From NCBI GenBank assembly GCA_964016885.1, contig OZ024745.1, positions 74,028,001 to 74,092,000 of the forward strand: a stretch of DNA of 64,000 nt. The letters run 5' to 3'. Made by a program: the position numbers and the translations under genes. The stretch comes from Eledone cirrhosa (Eukaryota). A model generated the notes under the pieces. The model had not been told where the DNA came from. It did no database searches and was given only the letters and a program-made list of their open reading frames with translations. This document shows, one piece after another, positions 42,487-52,308 of this stretch (position 1 is the first letter of the stretch; every line of letters begins with the position of its first letter).

Positions 42487-45400
42487 TTCCTTGAATCTCA
42501 GTCATTGATGTTGGTTAACTGGAAAGTCCGTTGGATTGAATATCAAGCCACTACCTGCAGCCTCAGATATTCAGGACGTATCGGAGTGTTCTTGCCGTTC
42601 CAAGCAAGCATGCCTTTTGAAGCGTTCCAAAAAGCGTGAAGGGGCCGATTTTCTTTAACCATCCCTGGAAACCTTTGGAGATAGTCCCCAGTGCGCCTAT
42701 GACAATCGGGATCACTTTGACTTCATGGCAGTTCCAAATCCTTTTCACCTCCCACTTTAGGTCCTGGTATCGGTTAATTTTCTCCCTCTCCTTCTCTTGC
42801 ACTCTCGTGTCGAACGGGCAGGCCACATCCACAATCAGGCACGATCTTTTTTCTTTGTCCACAACCACCAGGTCAGGTCTATTGTGTTCCAGTTTTTTGT
42901 CCGTCTGTATCCTAAAATCCCACAGAACCTTCACCTGACTGTTCTCCATCACCGCCTCTGGCCTATGCTCATACCATTTCTCAGAATGTGGTAGATTGTT
43001 TACTTTGCACAGGTGCCAGTGGATCACCCTGCCCATCACATCGTGTCTCCATCCCTTATAGTGGGTCTGGGCTAGGTGTTTACACTCGGACACAATGTGA
43101 GCCACAGTCTCCTCTCTCTCTCCACAGATCCTGCACAGTGGGCTAGCCTCCTCCTTGTAGATATGGTGCTTCAACCACTTCGTTTTGAGGGCCTGCTCCT
43201 GCGCAGCCATTAGCATTCCTTCTGTAGCCTTTTTGAGGTCTCCTCTTCTCAACCAGTTCCATGTCTGTGGATCTCTAAATTCAGTTTTCTCAAAGAAGGT
43301 ACTATGAAGGGATTTTCCCTTAAGGCTGCTCTTCCTCCTTGATGTTATTTCCTCCTTGGACATCCCCTGGCCTACTGTCCCCTCCTTCAGTACAGTTCTG
43401 AGCATTGGCTCCTTATTATAGGTCACGTATTTGTATAGGTTGTTTTTCTCCATCTGAACACAGTCCTCTATGCTGATAAGACCTCTTCCACCCTCATATC
43501 TCCTTAGGTAGAGTCTATCGACATCACTCCTCTTGTGGAACATGTTGTAGATAGTCAATAGCTTCCTAGTCTTCCTATCCATTTCTTTTTGTTCAGCAAC
43601 ATTCCATCTCAGAATTCCCGCACTATACCTAATAATAGACACAGCTCGGGAATTTACTGCGCTTATGGCATTTCTGCTGTTCAGATGTGACTTCAATACG
43701 CTCCTTACTCTCCGAATGTATTCAGTTCTTAACAATTCCTTCATTTTTTTGTTCTTTATGCCATCAGCCTCCAGAACGCCCAAATACTTGTATCCTTCCT
43801 CAGAGTCAATTTCCTTTATCATCTCACCTGTTGGTATCTGGATCCCGTTACTTCTGCTCAACCTACCCCTCTTCATCACAATGACTCCACATTTACCAAT
43901 ACCAAACTGCATACATATATCACTGCTGAAAATACGGACAGTGTCAACAAGCACATCCAACTCCTTCTCACTTTTCCCGAAGAGCTTAAGATCGTCCATG
44001 AAGAGGAGGTGATTGATGGTAAGCTCTCCCCTTCCCAACTTGTATCCTGCTCTCACTTTTCGCAGCATAATGGTCAAGGGCATCAGGGCAAGGACAAACA
44101 ACAGAGGGGACAGGCTATCTCCCTGGAAGATACCTCTCTTGATCTTCACGCTTCCCAAGGATACTCCAGTTGATGTCAACTCTGTCTCCCAGGACCCCAT
44201 ACTCCTGCCCAGCAACTGTCTGATGTTATCTGCCACCCTGAAGATCTCCAGGCTTTTGGTGATCCAGGAATGAGGCACCATGTCAAATGCCTTTCTGTAG
44301 TCTATCCATCCCATGGCAAGATCAGTGTGTCTCCTCCTGCAATTCCCCATTACCATCTTATCAATAAGCAACTGGTCCTTTGTACCACGTGACTTCTTTC
44401 GGCATCCTTTCTGTTCGTCCGGTAACAAGTTGTTTGTGTGGAGGTGATGGTAGATTTCCTCAGACACAATGCTCGTCAACAGTTTCCACATTACGGGCAG
44501 ACATGTGATAGGTCTATAGTTGGTAACATCATTACCCTTGATTCGGTCTTTCATTATCAGAACTGTGGTACCTTTTGTCAACCACTCTGGCACCTCACCC
44601 GACACCAAGCAGTCATTGAACATGGCCGTCAGCTTCGGGTGGAGGGATGGTAAATGTTTAATCCAATACCCCTGCACACCATCTGGGCCTGGTGATTTCC
44701 AGTTGGTTAGTTTTTTGGCTTGCCCCTTAAGAGTTTCAACTGTGATACTCAAATCAGTCTGTTGTTGTGCCTGCTCACCGATCTCCCTCTGTACTGTCTC
44801 AATCCACCCTGCCTGGGCATTGTGTCTAACATCCTGCTCCCATATTCCTCTCCAGAATGTTTTAGCTTGTTCCGCCCCAGGGATCAAGTCGTTGCCTCTT
44901 TCTTTCCCCTCAAGCTGTCCAAACAGCATCTTCTGGTTGTTGTCGAACATGCGGTTCTGTTTATACTGACTGACTCTGTTCTCGTATCGCCTGATTTTGG
45001 CACTCTTTGCTACAATGCGTTGCTTCAATTCCTCTATGATAATATTTAGCTTTTTACTCCTAGTTTTGTATTTTATTTCCAGTCTATTTTTAGTGCCTAT
45101 GTTTTTTAGTGTCCCATTCAGTAGTGACTCAAGCTTTCCTATGTCATTTCTCATTTCCCCGATTTGCCCACTCAGTCGTTTCTTCCACCACGGCTCTGCT
45201 CTTTCTTGTCTGTTGTTTTCTCTCGCTTTTATACCAAGTAGTTTCCTCACCGTATTTGCTGTTGCTTTGAGGATATTGTTGCACTGGTGAAGACTCCTCG
45301 CCTCAAGGTATGGGATGACTTTGTTTACCTTAGCTGTTGTTTCTTTTAACTTTTTCCTGTCTACAAATCTTAGGTTCATGGGTCTCCCACTATCATTGTT

Positions 45401-46229
45401 CAATTCATCTACCACTAAATTTAGGATGTCAACCGAATCTTGTCCTAGCCCGTCAGCATTCATCTCCTCAGTGGCCGTATCTCTGTTCCAGGTATTATTT
45501 ATCTCAGTATTCAGATCATTGTCTGCTTCGGGTGGTTCCTCCGTTCTCAGGACCTCCTCACCTTCATTTCCCACCGGCTCGCTTGTCTGGCATACTACAC
45601 CCGCCATCTCCAAGCCATTCTCTCTGCTCAGTTCCTCCAGTTCCAGCTCGCTTATCCACCCATTAGTTCTTATTACCCGAGCCTGCCCGGCCAATTTTTG
45701 TTCATCTAATTTAAATAAACCAATCTCGTTCCAGATGTTATGCATCCGTCTCCTGTAGCCCCTCTCCTTGGGGTTACTTTTCAGGTAGCATTGCATAACA
45801 GTTCTATTCAATTCTTTCGTCCAGTTGGTTCTGGCCCCTTTCCTTCTTCTTCTTCCTCCAACATCAGCAGTATTTGGTTGACAGTCAGGTTCCTGCTGCT
45901 GAGCCAGGGGGCACCTGTTGGGTGAGAGTCTGTCACATGACGTTCTAGTCTCCATTTCACCGTTATTCGAACTGTTTATGTTCGATATTTAAACACTCTT
46001 ATCGAGGATTGGCGAATGTATGTTTACATAGCCATCTGTGGATCCGCCATCCCACTTGGCCCTTGTGTGGCATTATCACCACGCTGTATACGAACACACA
46101 TAAACAAACAAACACACGGGCAGAAAGGGCCCCAAAAATGAATAAGCATAAGTTTCATTGTAATGTAGTATTCGAATGTCTGACTTAGTTTTTGTTTTTT
46201 AAGTTTTACTTTTTTTAAGTTTTACTTTT
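42487..46229 (-). mobile_element. RLE non-LTR retrotransposon family B, full-length copy B2 (R4/Dong-like)
   Basis: Single intact ORF, ~270-nt leader, short 3' UTR, (TAA)n on the sense strand at both ends. Confidence 0.95.
42563..45955 (-). CDS. Reverse transcriptase with CCHC zinc knuckle and PD-(D/E)xK restriction-like endonuclease, 1130 aa
   Basis: KSPGPDG, NYRPITCL, DYRKAFD, QGDSLSP, FMDD, CRICGEREETVAHIVSEC, RHD, NRPD...DVACP...EK. N-terminal RTNWTKE..VMQCY segment is possibly Myb-like. Confidence 0.95.
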   Translation of the reverse strand: METRTSCDRLSPNRCPLAQQQEPDCQPNTADVGGRRRRKGARTNWTKELNRTVMQCYLKSNPKERGYRRRMHNIWNEIGLFKLDEQKLAGQARVIRTNGWISELELEELSRENGLEMAGVVCQTSEPVGNEGEEVLRTEEPPEADNDLNTEINNTWNRDTATEEMNADGLGQDSVDILNLVVDELNNDSGRPMNLRFVDRKKLKETTAKVNKVIPYLEARSLHQCNNILKATANTVRKLLGIKARENNRQERAEPWWKKRLSGQIGEMRNDIGKLESLLNGTLKNIGTKNRLEIKYKTRSKKLNIIIEELKQRIVAKSAKIRRYENRVSQYKQNRMFDNNQKMLFGQLEGKERGNDLIPGAEQAKTFWRGIWEQDVRHNAQAGWIETVQREIGEQAQQQTDLSITVETLKGQAKKLTNWKSPGPDGVQGYWIKHLPSLHPKLTAMFNDCLVSGEVPEWLTKGTTVLIMKDRIKGNDVTNYRPITCLPVMWKLLTSIVSEEIYHHLHTNNLLPDEQKGCRKKSRGTKDQLLIDKMVMGNCRRRHTDLAMGWIDYRKAFDMVPHSWITKSLEIFRVADNIRQLLGRSMGSWETELTSTGVSLGSVKIKRGIFQGDSLSPLLFVLALMPLTIMLRKVRAGYKLGRGELTINHLLFMDDLKLFGKSEKELDVLVDTVRIFSSDICMQFGIGKCGVIVMKRGRLSRSNGIQIPTGEMIKEIDSEEGYKYLGVLEADGIKNKKMKELLRTEYIRRVRSVLKSHLNSRNAISAVNSRAVSIIRYSAGILRWNVAEQKEMDRKTRKLLTIYNMFHKRSDVDRLYLRRYEGGRGLISIEDCVQMEKNNLYKYVTYNKEPMLRTVLKEGTVGQGMSKEEITSRRKSSLKGKSLHSTFFEKTEFRDPQTWNWLRRGDLKKATEGMLMAAQEQALKTKWLKHHIYKEEASPLCRICGEREETVAHIVSECKHLAQTHYKGWRHDVMGRVIHWHLCKVNNLPHSEKWYEHRPEAVMENSQVKVLWDFRIQTDKKLEHNRPDLVVVDKEKRSCLIVDVACPFDTRVQEKEREKINRYQDLKWEVKRIWNCHEVKVIPIVIGALGTISKGFQGWLKKIGPFTLFGTLQKACLLGTARTLRYVLNI

Positions 46230-46469
46230 AATTATTATTATTATTATTATTATTGAATGCCATGGTTGACGGAGGCTCGGCTCTGTAAGGTATAGTAATT
46301 TTTAACCGTTAAAACAATTGTAAATTGTTTAAAACTTGAACCAAATTGTTGATAAAGACACCCTCCTCCTCGTGAGAGGGGTTTTTCTGTCCGTTATTTG
46401 GCCCTTCGGGGTTAAATAATCAGTTATTGGGGTTTTGTACCCAAAATTTCATTTTAAACAAAAAACAAC

Positions 46470-48540
46470 ATGGCTACGAAAAAGAAATTTCATACGTCAC
46501 TCCCACTCATTCCGTCTTCTTCTTCCTCAATCATCACTACAGCAGAGAGAAGATTGTCTCTCTCCCTCCCTTCTTTAAATGTGTCTCTCTCCCTCCCTTC
46601 TCTTTCGCAAGTGACGAAAGAAAAGAAAAGTCTCGTGCAAAGCGTGCAAGGTTTCTCCACGACGACGACGACAGCGACGAAACAGGTGTGCGGGAAATAC
46701 GAAAACCCAGTTCATTCGTCTGACGTCAGGAATAATAGCAGTAGCAGCCGTAATAACAACAGCAACAGTGACAATGAAAACAACAGTAGCAGCCGCAACA
46801 GCATCACCAGCAGCATAAACAACAACAGCATTAGCAGCAGCAACACCAACAACAACCACAGCAACAGCGGCGGAGGCAGTAGTCGTAGTACCTGCAGCAA
46901 CAACAAAAGTACCAGCAGCTCTGACGACAACAACAACAGCAGAGAAAAACCAATCTCATTTGCAGGTATTGCGAAAAACTTGGAAACAATCCTCATAACA
47001 AATGAGGAATTAGAGGAAGCGAAGAAGATGGTGACAAAGAACGGACACCGAGCAATCTGCAAGGCAGCGAAAAATTTTTTCGAAACCCAAGAGCACTGTA
47101 CGGTCACGTACCGTACAGTAAGTACAAAATCCCGTAGGGTGGAAAGAGCCACAGAGGCCCAAATACAAAAAGCCTTGGGGTCTGTGTGGCAGAGGAAAAC
47201 GCACATCACCCGAGGCAAAAAATACGCCACCGTAGACGTACTTTTTGCCACACCCCAGGAGGCAAAGGCCCAATCAGTAGTGACCCTAAGGAGCGAGGAA
47301 ATGGTGTTGGTGCCCTCCTACTGCGGGCAAAAAATTGTGAGGGTCAAACTGACCCCCCCCCCCCGGAATGACCCCTTCTTGGCTGGCCGCGTCTGTCCTC
47401 GTCGGAATCGAGGACAAAACAACTGTACTGCAAGTACAGAAAAAAGTAAGAGAAGATTGGGTCGGCTCCTCCATTGAGATGCTAATCCAAACCAACCAGG
47501 AGTGCATCGAAGCTATCCCGGATGTGATAGACTTCGATAACGGCACTCAACTGCCCATAAGTGTTGAGGGCAAACGCCCGAAATGCTTTCGCTGTGGATC
47601 GAAGACTCACCTCAGGGCCTTCTGCAACGAGAAGACCCTGAGAAAGGAGAAAACCCCCCTCCTTCCGAATCCGGCTCCACGGCTACCAGCAACAGGACAA
47701 GCGGCAACCAGGAACGATAGGTCCGTGGCACCCATACCCACTCCACGGAAATCAAAGACAGCAGCAGCAGTGGAAATATTAACAACAACAACAGCAATAC
47801 CAAATGCAGCTGCAACAGAGACTCCAGTGCAAACATCACCAACAACAACAAGTGAAAGAGTGGAGCTGGTACCCCTCCCCGACCTTACAGAATCAGACAT
47901 GGAGTGTGAGGTGGGAGAGGGATGGCAAAAGGTCGCAAGAAGGCACAAACGCAGAAGCAGCGCATCGTCGCCTTTGAAAAGGGAGGAAAGAAATGAGAAA
48001 AGGGTAAAGTCTACTGCAAAGAGACCCACAGCAGCAACAACACCATCACCATCACCACCGGCGACAACCCCACCACCAACAACACCTTCAACACCACCAC
48101 CACAAGCACCAACATCGCAAACACAACAACAAAACACACACACCCAGCAACAACGACAAGAAAATAGCAGAACCACACCCCACCCCCAGAAAAACAAATG
48201 CACGGCAATAAACACACACAACAAGAAACTAATGACTTACATAATTGAACACACAGACATTTCACAACAGGACTACAGAATACCAGCACCAATCAAAACG
48301 CCAACTAACATAAGACTGCTAAAAATAGCACAGAAACAATACACAAACATTAAAACGAAATTCCCCAACGCAGTTGGTGATTTCAGGGACCTAGGAGGAA
48401 CCATCAATCGAAGAGTATATTCAGACATTCTCTTAGAAGAGCCGACGACCAGCCGAAGGGACGATTCAACGGTCCCTTCACCAGACGATCAAGTGAAAAG
48501 GGATGTAAAAACCATCCCTCCTCTACCAAAAGTACGGTAA
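46470..48540 (+). CDS. D2 ORF1 nucleic-acid-binding protein (~689 aa if rejoined), frameshifted at a C12 tract
   Basis: ORFs 46470-47477 and 47368-48540 join if the C run at 47353-47364 is 11 long. CCHC knuckle CFRCGSKTHLRAFC, S/N-rich and P/T-rich linkers. Confidence 0.8.
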
Positions 48541-48575
48541 GTGGTCTTTCCCATCTTTTCCACTCTATTTTAAAC

Positions 48576-51500
48576 ATGACCTCACTCAGAATAGGCAGCA
48601 TAAATGCGCGTGGCTTGGGGTCGTCATGGAAGCAGGGTCACCTGCTCAACGACCTCAGGTCACTAAACATAGATGTAGTGGCCATCAGCGAGACCAGAAT
48701 CTCCGAAGCACGGGCCTTCGCACCGATCTTCGGCGGCTACGATGTGTACGCATCTCCCAGCCGTCCTGGATCGGGTGGAGGAGTTGCTGTGCTTTTTCGG
48801 AGAGGTTTGGATCTCGCCATACGGGCCATCTTCCTGGACCCAGAGGGTAAGCTGGTGGTGCTGGACGTGACCAGCGGAGACGGGCAAGCTTTCAGGCTAG
48901 TGGCCGTCTATGCCCCGACAGGAGCAGGGCGGCCTGATTTCTTCCGGCGACTGGAGACCTTTCTTGGAACGTCCCGCTCTTTAGTGTTAGTGGGCGACTG
49001 GAACGGGATCTTAGATGCACGCTGGGACTGTGTGGGATTAGCGGATAGGGGTGGAGGGTGCAAGAGCCTCACCAACCTGCTCAGGCGTTTTGAACTGTCT
49101 GACAGGTACCGATTGGATTTCCCGAATGTGCCAATGTGGACTTGGACAAACCGCATAGGGTCATCCAGATCATATCTAGATAGAGTATTTTGTAGGGAAA
49201 TAGATAGGTCTAGCATAGGCTGTCCACAATTCAAGATAGTCAGCTACACGGACCACAAATTCGTGACCTGTGTGCTTGACTTAGATAGGCTTCATAGACG
49301 AGGACCCGGCTACTGGAAGCTAAACGCGTCCTTACCAGCGCGCAAGGCCTACAGAGACCGGATTAGCGAACTAGTTAAGCGGGCGTTGACGGGGGCCATC
49401 GTCAACAACAAGTGGTGGTTTGCTCTGAAAAGAGCGATTAGAATAGAATCGATTAGGTTTAGTAAGGCTTTAGCAATAGAGAAAAATAGAGCAGAGGGAG
49501 AACTAGTTAGAAAATTAGACGAGGCGCTTAGCAAAGGCATTGCGACCGACGTGCTTGCGGCGAAATTGGCCCTTGACCAATTCTTCAATGCAAAGCACGA
49601 AGGCTGCGTTGTCAGAGCTAGGGTGCGTGCTCTCAGACACGAGGGGACGAAAGCCGTTCAATGGGCCCGAGTGGCGAAGGCGCGTCGTGGCAACAAAGCC
49701 ACGATCCGGTCTTTGGTGGACCACGACAGGCGCATGCTACTCGATCCCGGGCAAATGTGTGAAGCTTTTCAGCGACACTTCGCTCAGCTGTTCGGGGGCA
49801 GCGGGGGGCCGGGTAGAGGGATGGACTTTAGTGTCTACCTCGACGGACTGCCGCGGCTCTCGGCCACTGAGGCGAGGTGTTGCGAAAAGCCGATAACAGC
49901 CGCTGAAGTACGGGAGGCAATGACTGGCTGCACAAGGGGTAAATCGCCTGGTTTGGATGGTCTACCCTATGAACTTTACGTACAGATGCCAGACTTGTTC
50001 GGAGGCCTCTTGGCGGACGTCTACTGCAACTGGCAACAGAACGGGAGAATTCCCAGTTCTGTGAGCCGAGGAGCGGTGGCACTGCTGAGAAAGGATCCGA
50101 ACAAGGGGGATAACATAGACAATTTCCGGCCCATAACTCTGCTAAACACAGAGTTTAAGATTTTGGCCAAGGTGCTAGCAAAGAGGTTGGCGCTTGTCGT
50201 TGGTGGTCTGGTGGGAGAGGCGCAGACATGCGCCATTCCCGACAGATCCATCCACGACAACCTCCACCTCATGCGATACATCGTAGAGAGGGTAGCTAGG
50301 GAACCTGGCACGGGTGGGTCCTTGATCAATTTAGATCAGTCGAAAGCTTTCGATAGGGTCGACCATCGTTACCTAGCGGCAGTCCTGAGGGCGGCTGGCT
50401 TTGGGCCCGTCTTCAGAGGCTGGATCGCTGCCATGCACAGCGACATCTGCTCTGTGGTGAGAGTGAACGGTCACCTGTCGGAACCGTTCAACATCATGCG
50501 CTCGGTCCGCCAAGGATGTCCCCTCTCGTCCCTCTTGTACGTATTGACTCTCGAGCCATTACTGCACAAACTGGAGACGTTGAGGGGAGTCCCGCGCGAA
50601 CTAGGATGCGGAAGATCCGTGTCAGCATATGCGGACGATGTCACCGTAGTGGTGTCGAACGCCAAACACATCGAGGCGATCGGCACTACACTAAGAGAAT
50701 ACGAAGCGGTGACAGGAGCAATGATCAACCAGGAAAAGTCAGTGGGCCTGCAGCTCGGCACCTGGAGAGGCAGGTCCATGCCGTCCAACAGCGTCGTCGG
50801 GCGCTGGACGGACGGACCGGTTAAATTGCTAGGGGTCTGGTTCGGTCCGGACCTCCAGACGGACAAAAACTGGGACGAGGTGACGAGCAGGGTGGCTTCT
50901 CTCACCCAGAAATGGGCGGAGAGGAAGCTATCCCTGAAAGGTCGAGCGGAGGTGGCTAACGCGTACATCGCGTCTGTCATCTGCTACCGCCTAACCGTCG
51001 TACCTTGTCCTAAGCCTCGCCTGACTGCGCTGGAGCGTTTGCTCTTTCGCTTTTTGTGGAAGGGACGTGCTCCGATGGTCAGGCGGTCCATCTGTTGTCA
51101 ACACCCGCTACGTGGAGGGCTGGGCATGCCGTGGCTGATGATGCGCAGGCACGCGCTCAGGCTACGACATCTCCACCTCTTCCTCGACGGTGATCAGGTG
51201 TGGTCGCCGTTTGCTAGACGCGTTTTTCCCCAGCTCGTTTCCTTGACGGAGCTGCAGTCCTGGGTCAAGCGAAGACCGAGAGGGAGCGCCTGGAGACTGG
51301 AATGTCTTCAGGCGCTCACAGCCCTCGACCAATCGGGCAATGTGATCGGTGGAAACTCCACCTCGGCGTTCTATAGAGGATTAGTGGAGGGGAAGAGCGA
51401 CGACGTACTTGGGGAAACTCTAGGCGTCGACGAAAATCAACTAGCCAATCTCTTCGGGAGAACTTTCGGGCCAGGGCCTATGGACAACTTCCAGAAATCT

Positions 51501-51995
51501 CTGGCCTGGCAGTGCTACCGAGGAGCCTTGCCAGTTCGGGATAAACTCTACAGGCATGGAGGTGCCGTCAGCCGGGCATGTCCGAGATGCGCGCAGGGCG
51601 ACGAAACCGTCCTGCACGCACTCGTCCAGTGTCCGAAAATTGCTGACTTGTGGGTTTATGTCGAACACCTGCTGTCGCGTTTAGGACGGATCCAGCTATC
51701 ATCTGAGTCTATCGTGAGGATTGCCCCGCCCTCCTCCTTTAGCCGGGAAGGGCAGGCAGTTTTTATCTGTCTGGTGGCCATGGCGAAAGAGATAGTATGG
51801 TGGACACGTTTGAAAGGGCTGAAGACGAGCACTTACCTCTTCGGTGATGCTCTGATTGACTTTTTCAAATTTCATTTGAAAAGGAAAATCAGAGTAGAGA
51901 AGGAAGTGCTCTCTTCCCAGCATTTTGTTGAAAGATGGGTGAGAGAAGCAAGAATGGCCCGAGTGAATGGGCCGACTCTGAGTATATATCTGTAA
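48576..51995 (+). CDS. D2 ORF2: APE endonuclease, reverse transcriptase and C-terminal zinc knuckle, 1139 aa
   Basis: SINARGL, SETR, VYAP, GDWNG, YLDR, TDH; KSPGLDG, FRPITLLN, QSKAFD, RQGCPLS, YADD; CPRCAQGDETVLHALVQC. Confidence 0.95.
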   Translation: MTSLRIGSINARGLGSSWKQGHLLNDLRSLNIDVVAISETRISEARAFAPIFGGYDVYASPSRPGSGGGVAVLFRRGLDLAIRAIFLDPEGKLVVLDVTSGDGQAFRLVAVYAPTGAGRPDFFRRLETFLGTSRSLVLVGDWNGILDARWDCVGLADRGGGCKSLTNLLRRFELSDRYRLDFPNVPMWTWTNRIGSSRSYLDRVFCREIDRSSIGCPQFKIVSYTDHKFVTCVLDLDRLHRRGPGYWKLNASLPARKAYRDRISELVKRALTGAIVNNKWWFALKRAIRIESIRFSKALAIEKNRAEGELVRKLDEALSKGIATDVLAAKLALDQFFNAKHEGCVVRARVRALRHEGTKAVQWARVAKARRGNKATIRSLVDHDRRMLLDPGQMCEAFQRHFAQLFGGSGGPGRGMDFSVYLDGLPRLSATEARCCEKPITAAEVREAMTGCTRGKSPGLDGLPYELYVQMPDLFGGLLADVYCNWQQNGRIPSSVSRGAVALLRKDPNKGDNIDNFRPITLLNTEFKILAKVLAKRLALVVGGLVGEAQTCAIPDRSIHDNLHLMRYIVERVAREPGTGGSLINLDQSKAFDRVDHRYLAAVLRAAGFGPVFRGWIAAMHSDICSVVRVNGHLSEPFNIMRSVRQGCPLSSLLYVLTLEPLLHKLETLRGVPRELGCGRSVSAYADDVTVVVSNAKHIEAIGTTLREYEAVTGAMINQEKSVGLQLGTWRGRSMPSNSVVGRWTDGPVKLLGVWFGPDLQTDKNWDEVTSRVASLTQKWAERKLSLKGRAEVANAYIASVICYRLTVVPCPKPRLTALERLLFRFLWKGRAPMVRRSICCQHPLRGGLGMPWLMMRRHALRLRHLHLFLDGDQVWSPFARRVFPQLVSLTELQSWVKRRPRGSAWRLECLQALTALDQSGNVIGGNSTSAFYRGLVEGKSDDVLGETLGVDENQLANLFGRTFGPGPMDNFQKSLAWQCYRGALPVRDKLYRHGGAVSRACPRCAQGDETVLHALVQCPKIADLWVYVEHLLSRLGRIQLSSESIVRIAPPSSFSREGQAVFICLVAMAKEIVWWTRLKGLKTSTYLFGDALIDFFKFHLKRKIRVEKEVLSSQHFVERWVREARMARVNGPTLSIYL

Positions 51996-52256
51996 ACTAA
52001 AGGTGGAAAACTGGGAGAGGGCACTTGCCTTGGTGGTCAGGGTCATTGTGGCTTTTTACTGGGCTTTCTCCACAAATGTCCCTCCGAAGTCTCCCCCCCT
52101 ATTGGGGAATTTTTCATTGTTATTTTCATTGTTATTTTTGTTACATCCTCTGTTTTTGTTTTTTTACACGCAGAAATGCCCATTTGTACCGTCCTGCATT
52201 GTCCTGCACTGTCCTTAATGTCTACTTTATGTAAACCCTTGTGGTTAATAAAGAAA

Positions 52257-52306
<50 letters not shown>

Positions 52307-52308
<2 letters not shown>

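Larger units (their letters stand above)
46255..52258 (+). mobile_element. Tx1/L1-clade retrotransposon family D, full-length copy D2
   Basis: 5' UTR, ORF1, ORF2 and 3' UTR with AATAAA. (ATT)n on both sides. Confidence 0.95.

Noticed and set aside
46361-46432. Canonical HDV-like ribozyme in the Tx1 leader
   Set aside because: CCTCCTCGTG is present, but no consistent P3/P1/P1.1 GG/catalytic C arrangement fits both copies. Kept only as a structured leader.
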